Part shown: in pieces, positions 7,134-14,136 of the stretch
Numbering within the stretch: the stretch's first letter is position 1
Layout of the letters: every line of letters starts with the position of its first letter
Source of the DNA: an uncultured bacterium
Lineage (GTDB): Bacteria > CSSED10-310 > CAZUFC01
Direction: 5' to 3'
Length of the DNA stretch: 14,136 bases
Assembly (NCBI GenBank): GCA_964619725.1
Contig: CAZUFC010000179.1
Span: 1-14,136 of the forward strand
Notes under the pieces: generated by a model
Database searches by the model: none
The model's input: only the letters and a program-made list of their open reading frames with translations
Told to the model about the DNA's origin: nothing
Position numbers and translations under genes: made by a program

Positions 7134-9707
7134 ATGCTAAAAAATTTTTTATTCGTTAGTTCTCTTCTTTTATTAATATGGGGTAACCTCGCAGCAGCCG
7201 TTCCTCACCAGATCAATTATCAGGGTTTCTTAACGGATGATGCGGGTAATCCGCTGACGGGGCCTTATTCGTTCACCTTTCGGATATATGATGCGGAGAC
7301 GGGAGGGAATGTATTATGGACGGAAACGCAGGATGATGTTCAGGCGGCGGACGGTTTGTTTCATGTGACATTGGGTAAGGAGACGGCGCTGGATATTTAT
7401 TTTGAAGGGTCGCTATGGTTGGAAATTGAGGTATTTGGAGAAACATTGGAGCCGCGTCAGGCTTTGACTCCTGTAGGTCAGGCTTTCCTAAGCGAGGAGG
7501 CTGAAGATGTATACGGCCGGGATATCAATCCTGCAAGCGTATCGATTGCGGGATACGGCCTTGTCGTTGATGAATCGGGCGAATGGGTGGGCGAACCCAC
7601 CGGCTTGACGGGTCCGACAGGTCCAACGGGTCCGCAGGGCGCTGCCGGCGCTGCAGGTCCTACCGGACCTCCGGGCGATCCCGGACCCGCAGGTCCGACA
7701 GGACCTGCCGGGCCTCAAGGTTCTTCGGGTCCCGTAGGCGGCACGGATATGCAGTTCATTTATAATGATGCCGGTGAGGCTGCAGGCGCAGAAGTTTATT
7801 ATGATGAGGCAACAGGATACGTGGGAATCGGCGACTCTTCCCCGCAGGCAGAATTGCACATTGACGGAGACATGATATTGAAAGGTCCCTGGATAGACGT
7901 AAGGGCTTATCCTTCTTTAAGCGCGGCAGTATCCGCAGCCGGCGCTCAAAATAAAACCATAATGATACCGACCCTTCAATCCGTTAATGAAAATATGATG
8001 ATACCGGAAAATTTGAGTCTCCTGTTTTTAAGAAGCGGGAGTCTGGACATCGCATCCGGCATTTCGGTCACCGTCAACGGTCATGTTGAAGCCGGATACT
8101 GGAAAATATTCACCGGCGAAGGCTCGGCGATCATAACGGGACAGCCGGTGAACTGCAAGTGGTTCGGCGTAGATACATCAGAAACTGCTGCCGATAACTC
8201 TGATTACTTCAACAGGGCTGTTTCAGCGCTCCCTTCGGAAGGCGGGATCGTATTTCTGGACGTTCCCGGTGATTATCTTATCAGCGACGCGATTGAAATT
8301 ACTGAAAGTAACGTAACATTCCGATTCGCCAGGGGGGCAATCCTCAGAAAAACGGCGATAAATTATGCGATTCATGTTCATGGGACTGATCCGGGTAACC
8401 GCATATCTAATGTAGTGATCAGGGGAGTCAAAATCGCCGGCAATTCAAGAGGCGGAGCCGGGATCGTCATGCAATACACGGAAGACAGCATGATCATTGA
8501 TTGCGAATCAAACGACAACACAAGCGTGGGCAATGGATTCTCCATAGGTTCCGGACTTCCCGATTCAGGCTGCCGCAACCGGATAATACGTTGTAAGGCA
8601 TTCAACAACGGACGCTTCGGAATAATCGCCATCTGCGAAAACGACATGGAAGTCACTGGATGCCGTTGCGGCTCAAACGGCGACTCTGATTATGACATCA
8701 AAAACTGCTGCAATTTTAACCTTCATCACAACTGGTCAAGCAACGCTCAGGAATACGGCATCAACGTAAGATGCAGTTCAGCAGGTATGGACGTTTCCGG
8801 CTCCGTGGACTCGAATAGCGTCTATTATGCGGGCAAATCGTCCTATTATATTCATCACGATACCAACGACGGATCGACAGGCGAAATGTACGGCATGATT
8901 ATAACGAACAATCTCAGCTATGATCCCAATGAAAGAGATTTCATTTTATCAGGTTCAGCGGGACATTTTATAGAGCGTGCTGTCTTTACAGGGAATGTCG
9001 GTTATTCGGCCGGCATATGCGGCGCCGGCTTGACTTTTCTGCGATATTTTTCCTGGACAGGCAACGTCATTCAAGACCCGGAATCCTGGTGTATCATCGC
9101 CAACAGTATGCAACATTCGAATATAACCGGCGGAGTTCTCACTGAACCTGGGTCTGCCGAAACGGAAAATGCCGCTGTATCGCTCAGAGACATTGACGAT
9201 AATTATTGCCTTTACAACAATATTTCCGGCTTGCTCATCACCAGGGGCGATTATGGAACCACGGGAATACATGAAACAGGATATTCAGACTACAACACAT
9301 TCTACGGCAACAGCTTCGACGGATTCGACAGCAAGTCGAATTACGGGCTAAACGGAGACCACAGCCGCATACTAACAAATATAGCGACAACAGCGCGACC
9401 CGGACTTTACACATTGAGAAGCACGGATACGGCCAGAGTCGTCACCAATGAAGGAGTCACCGGAGGAAAATCTTATTATCTCCCAGCCGCCGTATCGGAT
9501 GATGAACCACTGCTCAAATTCCGCATCGTCCGTACAGCCGATTATAACCTTTTTATTCACCCTGAAACGACTGATGCTTTCAGAGGAAAAGCAGACGGCA
9601 AGTATATGCATCTTTCCGCCCTGGGCGACGCCGTAGAAATATTCTGCGTGATCAACGGCGTCTGGGAAGTTAATGTCCTGAATGGAACTCCCCTTTACGA
9701 ACCCTGA
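7134..9707 (+). CDS. Secreted fibre/tailspike-like protein: N-terminal INYQG domain, collagen-like stalk, right-handed beta-helix, C-terminal beta domain
   Basis: ATG 7134 gives a signal peptide MLKNFLFVSSLLLLIWGNLAAA. Then VPHQINYQGFLTD...FTFRIYD...LWTETQ, 16 G-X-Y triplets, YVGIGDSSPQAELHIDG, NCKWFG...DNS.YFNRAV...GGIVF...PGDYLI (pectate_lyase_3-like cap), and Asn/Gly/Ile-rich beta-helix rungs. Confidence 0.85.
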   Translation: MLKNFLFVSSLLLLIWGNLAAAVPHQINYQGFLTDDAGNPLTGPYSFTFRIYDAETGGNVLWTETQDDVQAADGLFHVTLGKETALDIYFEGSLWLEIEVFGETLEPRQALTPVGQAFLSEEAEDVYGRDINPASVSIAGYGLVVDESGEWVGEPTGLTGPTGPTGPQGAAGAAGPTGPPGDPGPAGPTGPAGPQGSSGPVGGTDMQFIYNDAGEAAGAEVYYDEATGYVGIGDSSPQAELHIDGDMILKGPWIDVRAYPSLSAAVSAAGAQNKTIMIPTLQSVNENMMIPENLSLLFLRSGSLDIASGISVTVNGHVEAGYWKIFTGEGSAIITGQPVNCKWFGVDTSETAADNSDYFNRAVSALPSEGGIVFLDVPGDYLISDAIEITESNVTFRFARGAILRKTAINYAIHVHGTDPGNRISNVVIRGVKIAGNSRGGAGIVMQYTEDSMIIDCESNDNTSVGNGFSIGSGLPDSGCRNRIIRCKAFNNGRFGIIAICENDMEVTGCRCGSNGDSDYDIKNCCNFNLHHNWSSNAQEYGINVRCSSAGMDVSGSVDSNSVYYAGKSSYYIHHDTNDGSTGEMYGMIITNNLSYDPNERDFILSGSAGHFIERAVFTGNVGYSAGICGAGLTFLRYFSWTGNVIQDPESWCIIANSMQHSNITGGVLTEPGSAETENAAVSLRDIDDNYCLYNNISGLLITRGDYGTTGIHETGYSDYNTFYGNSFDGFDSKSNYGLNGDHSRILTNIATTARPGLYTLRSTDTARVVTNEGVTGGKSYYLPAAVSDDEPLLKFRIVRTADYNLFIHPETTDAFRGKADGKYMHLSALGDAVEIFCVINGVWEVNVLNGTPLYEP
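7602..7745 (+). repeat. Collagen-like (Gly-X-Y)16 coding repeat
   Basis: GLT GPT GPT GPQ GAA GAA GPT GPP GDP GPA GPT GPA GPQ GSS GPV GGT. Confidence 0.95.
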
Positions 9708-9714
9708 TCGTACC

Positions 9715-9786
9715 ATGGATCAAAAACCCAAGTGGCTGTCCAGCATTAAATTTTGAATCGAGATTCGAGTTTATGGACAGGCACTA
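9715..9786 (+). repeat. MITE/REP-like element right-end fragment, copy A
   Basis: 9715-9782 matches the reverse complement of 12072-12139 at 67/68 nt; ends in GTTTATGGACAGGCACTA. Confidence 0.9.
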
Positions 9787-9817
9787 ACCTAGAAATGTGA
9801 ACTTTTTATCAATACCG

Positions 9818-9901
9818 AAATTCACCCGGTTACGAGTCAGAAACCGCAGCGCCTGTCCAACATGAAAATTCAAATTCTAAATCGAGTTCCTGGACAAGCG
9901 C
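9818..9901 (+). repeat. Diverged copy C of the same element
   Basis: 9834-9901 aligns ungapped to 9717-9784 at 47/68. 9818-9851 aligns to 14103-14136 at 26/34. Internal IR GCGCCTGTCCA...TGGACAAGCGC. Confidence 0.75.
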
Positions 9902-10011
9902 CGGTTCGTTTCTGCTCGTCAATACGCGACGCCTTTTCAACATAAAATCTTCTCCACTGAAAGAGATTGTGAACAGTCGCTGACCTGCGGTTGCACCCCC
10001 AGGCGGCTTTC

Positions 10012-10164
10012 GGCAGCATCGAGTTCGACGGCTGGAAAAGGTCACAATAAGTACCTTCTCAAGCGGGCTCGTACATCCTGAACGAAAGTTTGACGGCTAG
10101 AAACGACCAAAGCAAGCAACGCCCCGGGCAGGCTTGTCCCGCCTGAGCGAAAGTTTGACGGCTA
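10012..10164. repeat. Diverged tandem repeat with 65-bp period
   Basis: Core AGTT(C/T)GACGGCT at 10022, 10087 and 10152. CCTGA(A/G)CGAAAGTTTGACGGCTA at 10077-10099 and 10142-10164 (22/23). Confidence 0.8.
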
Positions 10165-10190
10165 AAGCTCCCCCGGCATTCTGCTCCAAC

Positions 10191-11129
10191 TCAACAGCCG
10201 CCTAACCCCTGCTCCACGTTCGATTTATCGTCAGCCAGCAGCGCGCCCAGGGCTATGGAATAGAATTTGGTTTCTTCCGTATCGGCCCTGGATGTCAGAA
10301 TACAGGGTACTTTCGAGCCGGCGACTGCAGCGGCTAATTTCGCTCCGGCCATTATGGTCATAGTTTTATAAAAAACATTGGCCGATTCAATATTAGGAAA
10401 TATCAGTATATCGGCATCGCCGGCCACGGAGCTTTTGAATTTTTTCTCTTCCGCGCATCTTTTCGATAACGCCAGATCGATAGCCAGAGGCCCATCCACA
10501 TCAACGCCCCTGATTTTTCCATTTTCCGCCAATCTTTTCAATGCCCTGGCTTCTATGGTGGAATCTACCTTGAAACTCGGTTTTTCCACGCAGGAGATGA
10601 CGGCAGCTTTCGGTCTCTCAATGCCTAAAGCGCCGGCGATCTGCCTGCAGCAATTCAACATGGCGACCTTCTGCGCCAGGTCGGGTTCTACAATTATAGC
10701 CGCATCAGAGACGATAAGGAGTTTATGATAATTTTCCGCAGAAAAAACGGTTATATGAGTGAGCAACCGGCTGTCGCCCATAAGGCCTTTTTTTCTGTCC
10801 AGGATAGCCTTGGTGTATTCCGCGGTTGATATAAAGCCTTTCATCATCAGGTCCGCATGTCCGTTTCTTACCAGTTCCACTGTTCTTTCAGCAACGGTCC
10901 GGGGTTCTTTCTCATGGACTATTTCCCATATGTTGAAATCGATCTGAGCTTCATCAGATAATCTTTGTATCTCATCCCTGTCGCCGACCATAACAGCTTT
11001 GACGATATTCGCTTCCGTCGCCTCTGCGATGGACTTAATCACGCTGGGCGCATTGCCGCCGGCTACCGCCAGTCTCTTCTCAACGCCCTTTGCCTTCTCC
11101 GCCAGTTCTGGAAATGTCTTGATAATCAT
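10191..11129 (-). CDS. ptb: Phosphate butyryltransferase / phosphate acyltransferase (PTA_PTB family)
   Basis: ADLMMKG, LLTHI, LLIVSDAAI...PDLAQK, VDGPLAIDLALS, VAGDADILIFPNIESANVFYK, VPCILTSRAD; GGAGG RBS. Acyl specificity cannot be determined from sequence. Confidence 0.88.
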   Translation of the reverse strand: MIIKTFPELAEKAKGVEKRLAVAGGNAPSVIKSIAEATEANIVKAVMVGDRDEIQRLSDEAQIDFNIWEIVHEKEPRTVAERTVELVRNGHADLMMKGFISTAEYTKAILDRKKGLMGDSRLLTHITVFSAENYHKLLIVSDAAIIVEPDLAQKVAMLNCCRQIAGALGIERPKAAVISCVEKPSFKVDSTIEARALKRLAENGKIRGVDVDGPLAIDLALSKRCAEEKKFKSSVAGDADILIFPNIESANVFYKTMTIMAGAKLAAAVAGSKVPCILTSRADTEETKFYSIALGALLADDKSNVEQGLGGC

Positions 11130-11142
11130 AATTCCGCCTCCA

Positions 11143-11925
11143 TCACATATATTTCCGGATTATTTCCATCACTTCATCTTCTTTCACCGGCTTTTTAACA
11201 TACTCATCCGCCTGATGCGCTTCAGCAATGCGTTCGGCCGTTTCCGGGTACTTTAGTTCCTTATGGAAAGCGCTGACCAAGATGACGGCCATGTCGCGAC
11301 TTTCCGGTCTGGTTTTTATCTCCCGACAGACAGAATACCCGTCCATACCCTCAAGCATAACTTCCAACAGGACCAGCGACGGTTTGAACGCCCGGCATAA
11401 TTTTAAGGCTTCAACGCCGTTTTCCGCTAAGAACGGATCAAACCCCGCTTCCTCCAAGGCTTCTTTTAAACGCTCCGCAAACTCCGCATCCGCATCCGCT
11501 GCCACGATCCTCTGTTTACCGTCAAAACTTTCGATCGCCTCCTGTTTCTTAAGCAGCTTTTCCAATGCCGTGCAGACCTCCCGTATGCCCAGTTCCTTAT
11601 GCACATAAGCATCAGCCTTGTGGAACCCGGCTATGGCCGCAGCGAAACCTTTGCCGCCGTGCCTGTCTATATCGCTTAAAATCACTGCCGGTACATTTCC
11701 CAGCTCAGCACATTCTTTTATATCGCGGACAATGGAATATCCATCCCTGTCCGGAAGCTTCACATCAATTACGATCAAATCCGGCAGCCTTTTCCCGGCT
11801 TCAATCAGTCCTTTCTCACCCGATCCGGCATGCCGGAATTCATAATTCCTCTCCTCCAACGCCGAACCGAGAGACGCTGAATATTCTTCGTCTGCATCAA
11901 TATGCATGATTCTTCGTTTCCTCAT
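11143..11925 (-). CDS. Response regulator made of two receiver (REC) domains with no output domain
   Basis: REC1: PDLIVIDVKLPDRDG...ADAYVHK. REC2: PSLVLLEVMLEGMDG...ADEYVKKP. AGGAG RBS; 13 nt from the ptb start. Confidence 0.9.
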   Translation of the reverse strand: MRKRRIMHIDADEEYSASLGSALEERNYEFRHAGSGEKGLIEAGKRLPDLIVIDVKLPDRDGYSIVRDIKECAELGNVPAVILSDIDRHGGKGFAAAIAGFHKADAYVHKELGIREVCTALEKLLKKQEAIESFDGKQRIVAADADAEFAERLKEALEEAGFDPFLAENGVEALKLCRAFKPSLVLLEVMLEGMDGYSVCREIKTRPESRDMAVILVSAFHKELKYPETAERIAEAHQADEYVKKPVKEDEVMEIIRKYM

Positions 11926-12071
11926 CCGTTTTCTCCTCGTTTTAGAAATCGTAAACCGTAATTCTTCCGCAATTTATGACTTTTTCCACCCTCCGCTCCC
12001 GTTTTTCCGACTATACTCATACTTCCAATGAATAATTATTTCAACGTCTGCTTCACAAAATTCTAATCTGC

Positions 12072-12143
12072 GCCTGTCCACAAACTCGAATCTCGATTCA
12101 AAATTTAATGCTGGACAGCCACTTGGGTTTTTGATCCATAAAC
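12072..12143 (-). repeat. MITE/REP-like element right-end fragment, copy B (inverted relative to A)
   Basis: Reverse complement of 9715-9782 with a single mismatch (9773 vs 12081). Continues to match GTTTATGGATC at 14113-14123. Confidence 0.9.
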
Positions 12144-12267
12144 TAATCAATTAATGAAACCGAAATAAAATCGTGATGGAAAACCGTTCATTTCTGATTT
12201 CAGCTCCTGATTGTCTAAAAACAAAAAATTCTGCTGAACCGCAGAAAATCGAAACCTCAACCATCCC

Positions 12268-13776
12268 TCAGTTTATCTCGACCATCCGGTTTTCTTTCTG
12301 ATTTTTCTCAGCCTTTTTCAATTCGCCTTCTTCTGCCACATATCCCAGGGCTTTGAGCTGAACCTTGATTTCATTATGAAGGATGTCGGAATTCACCTCG
12401 GATTCCCGGTAAGGAATCCTGTTTTCCCAATCCCGCAGGAGCTTCTCCATCTCTTCAACCGTTTTTACTTTGTCGCTGTAGAGATTCCGCTGTTCTTCCC
12501 TGTCGGAAATCAGGTCGTAAAGTTCCGGTTCTCTTCCGTCTTTCAGTATCATTTTCCATCTGTTCGTGGACACGGAGGTGGATTCCTTGTCCTCAAAGTC
12601 GGTAAACTCGGCGAATACCGGATCAGCTTTTTCCCGGCCTTCAATTATCGGCAAAAGCGATTCGCCCTGCCATTCAGGAATCTGTTTCAAACCAAGATAA
12701 TCCAGTATTGTCGGCGGTATGTCCAGCAAACTGACCATGGCGTCGACGACGGCCTGTCTTCTGTCGTTTTCGGGAAACCGGACGATCAGGGGTATGCGCA
12801 ATTCTTCATCATACAGGCTGTTGCGGTGACCGAGAAATTGATGTTCAAAAAAGCTTTCCCCGTGGTCCGCGGTTACGATCAGCAATGAATCGTTCAAACC
12901 GGGAAGGAATTCCAGCAGTTGTCCCATGTGCTTGTCGCAGAAATTGATTTCACTGTCGTAACATGCCGTGATGTAATTGAAAATATCGGTCCCCTTTTTT
13001 ATATTGAATTCCTTCAGTTTCATGTAAATCAGATTATTGTAAAGGTTATCCACATCTTCTTTGCGGCCTCCCGGGTAATATTCCGATATCCAGGGTTCTT
13101 TGGGGAAATAAGGCCAGTGAGGATCAATATAATGCACCCACAAGAAGTAAGGAGTATTCTCCGGACGCCTGGATATTATCTCCCGGACTTTGCCGTTGGC
13201 GAATTCGGCGTTGACGAGAAGCTTTTCTATTTCTCTGTCCGAAAGGGATTGAGTATCCTCAACCTTCTGTGTAATGAAAGTATGTTCTTCAAAGTCATCG
13301 AATCCCTGAGCGAATCCCGTTGCATGCCTCATGTGAGGATTACTCGATAGGCCCATAGTGTGATAACCCGCCTTCTTCAGTGTTTCAGCAAGCGTCATGA
13401 TCTCGCCGGCAAGTTTTTCCTGAACGGCCATCTTATGCGTCACCACGTTGAAAAGGCCGTGCCTTATGCCGTGACTGCGCGAGTGCATCCCGGAAAATAA
13501 ACCGGCCATGGCGGGTGCAGTCCAGGATGACGATGATCGCGCTTTCGTGAAAAAAACATTCTGTTGCGCCAGGCGGTCAAGATTAGGAGAAGTCGGACGA
13601 TCATATCCGAAACATGACAGATGATGAATGCTAACGGCATCGATGGTTATCAGAATGACGTTGGGTCTGTCGCCGGCCGAACGCTCTCCGCAACCGCAAG
13701 CAAAAACATACATCAATGAAAAAATGCATATTATCAGTGAATATCGCCGCTCAGCAAGCAAAGTTATTTTCCTCAT
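12268..13776 (-). CDS. Sulfatase-like hydrolase/transferase (alkaline phosphatase superfamily), probably exported or lipoprotein
   Basis: RPNVILITIDA, TSPNLDRLA, SSWTAPAMAGLFSG, PYFLWVHYIDPHWPY, YDSEI, IVTADHGE, LYDEELRIPLI, ELYDLISD, QLKALGY; hydrophobic N-terminus ending VFACGC. Confidence 0.9.
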   Translation of the reverse strand: MRKITLLAERRYSLIICIFSLMYVFACGCGERSAGDRPNVILITIDAVSIHHLSCFGYDRPTSPNLDRLAQQNVFFTKARSSSSWTAPAMAGLFSGMHSRSHGIRHGLFNVVTHKMAVQEKLAGEIMTLAETLKKAGYHTMGLSSNPHMRHATGFAQGFDDFEEHTFITQKVEDTQSLSDREIEKLLVNAEFANGKVREIISRRPENTPYFLWVHYIDPHWPYFPKEPWISEYYPGGRKEDVDNLYNNLIYMKLKEFNIKKGTDIFNYITACYDSEINFCDKHMGQLLEFLPGLNDSLLIVTADHGESFFEHQFLGHRNSLYDEELRIPLIVRFPENDRRQAVVDAMVSLLDIPPTILDYLGLKQIPEWQGESLLPIIEGREKADPVFAEFTDFEDKESTSVSTNRWKMILKDGREPELYDLISDREEQRNLYSDKVKTVEEMEKLLRDWENRIPYRESEVNSDILHNEIKVQLKALGYVAEEGELKKAEKNQKENRMVEIN

Positions 13777-13983
13777 TATATTCCCTATCCATAAACCCTG
13801 AAAGCGTTTACATAGCTCAAAACGTTCCCGTCAGAAAAGACCGCTGCGGCCCAACGCCGAACGCCAGCGTCAAACCGGCCCGCAAAGGAGTATATTATAA
13901 ATGACATGAGTTGCAAATTTTTTAAGTGTCCCTGTTTTTTGAACAGCGCATGAGAGCCCGACTAAACACCGGTTAGACTTTAT

Positions 13984-14136
13984 CTAGTTTTTGTCCATAA
14001 ACGGCGAATTTTTCCCAATACTGCGTCAGTCTTCGGATTTGCTCAGTCAAAGTATAAGCGCCGCCCCTGCCTCGCAAATCCTTACCATCCTTATCTTAAG
14101 AAAAATTCGCTCGTTTATGGATCAAAAACCGCAGTG
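13984..14136 (+). mobile_element. MITE-like palindromic element, copy D (runs off the window)
   Basis: Left end TAGTTTTTGTCCATAAAC (13985-14002) matches the reverse complement of the copy A end at 15/18. Internal IRs 13991-14013 / 14101-14125 and GGATTTGC / GCAAATCC (14035-14042 / 14074-14081). The 3' part overlaps copies A, B and C. Confidence 0.75.

Noticed and set aside
7134..9707. Prophage tail module
   Set aside because: The gene has a signal peptide and there are no neighbouring phage structural, lysis or integrase genes.
10012..10164. Mini CRISPR array (65-bp period)
   Set aside because: The would-be spacers resemble each other, the first unit is poorly conserved, and no cas genes or leader are present.
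9715..12139. Composite transposon carrying the regulator and ptb
   Set aside because: The element termini of both copies face inward toward the operon, the wrong orientation for mobilising it, and no target duplication was seen.
795..13776. FGE-domain protein acting as maturase for the sulfatase-like gene
   Set aside because: The FGE domains lack the catalytic Cys pair after RGG, and the sulfatase-like protein has no Cys/Ser motif to convert.
647..13904. Numerous short ORFs overlapping the long genes (e.g. 647-1048, 1925-2356, 2406-2960, 7488-7859, 10378-10728, 12376-12888, 13716-13904)
   Set aside because: Antisense or off-frame shadows of well-supported genes, with no recognisable motifs.

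Overview
Accessory, mosaic bacterial region rich in cell-surface genes and mobile-DNA debris. In order: (1) the 3' end of a Pro/Thr-rich protein with an IPTL-CTERM-like anchor; (2) a secreted protein with two non-catalytic FGE-sulfatase (C-type lectin fold) domains flanking an unassigned ~115-aa domain, whose C-terminal loops carry a codon pattern suggestive of DGR variable regions; (3) a multiply inactivated DDE transposase; (4) a decayed integron-type cassette cluster with no integrase in view: a frameshifted ORF remnant with half an attC, a DUF4258-type toxin/partner pair followed by an intact attC, and a truncated GxxExxY gene; (5) a large secreted fibre-like protein (collagen G-X-Y stalk plus beta-helix); (6) a minus-strand operon encoding a double-receiver regulator and a phosphate butyryltransferase-family enzyme, bracketed by near-identical inverted 68-bp fragments of a MITE-like element; (7) a sulfatase-like protein with Thr instead of the Cys/Ser nucleophile; (8) the left part of a fuller copy of the MITE-like element at the window edge. 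No reverse transcriptase, template repeat, integrase, cas gene, rRNA or tRNA was seen, so the DGR and integron interpretations depend on genes outside this window. Family assignments are from motif recognition by eye, not database searches.
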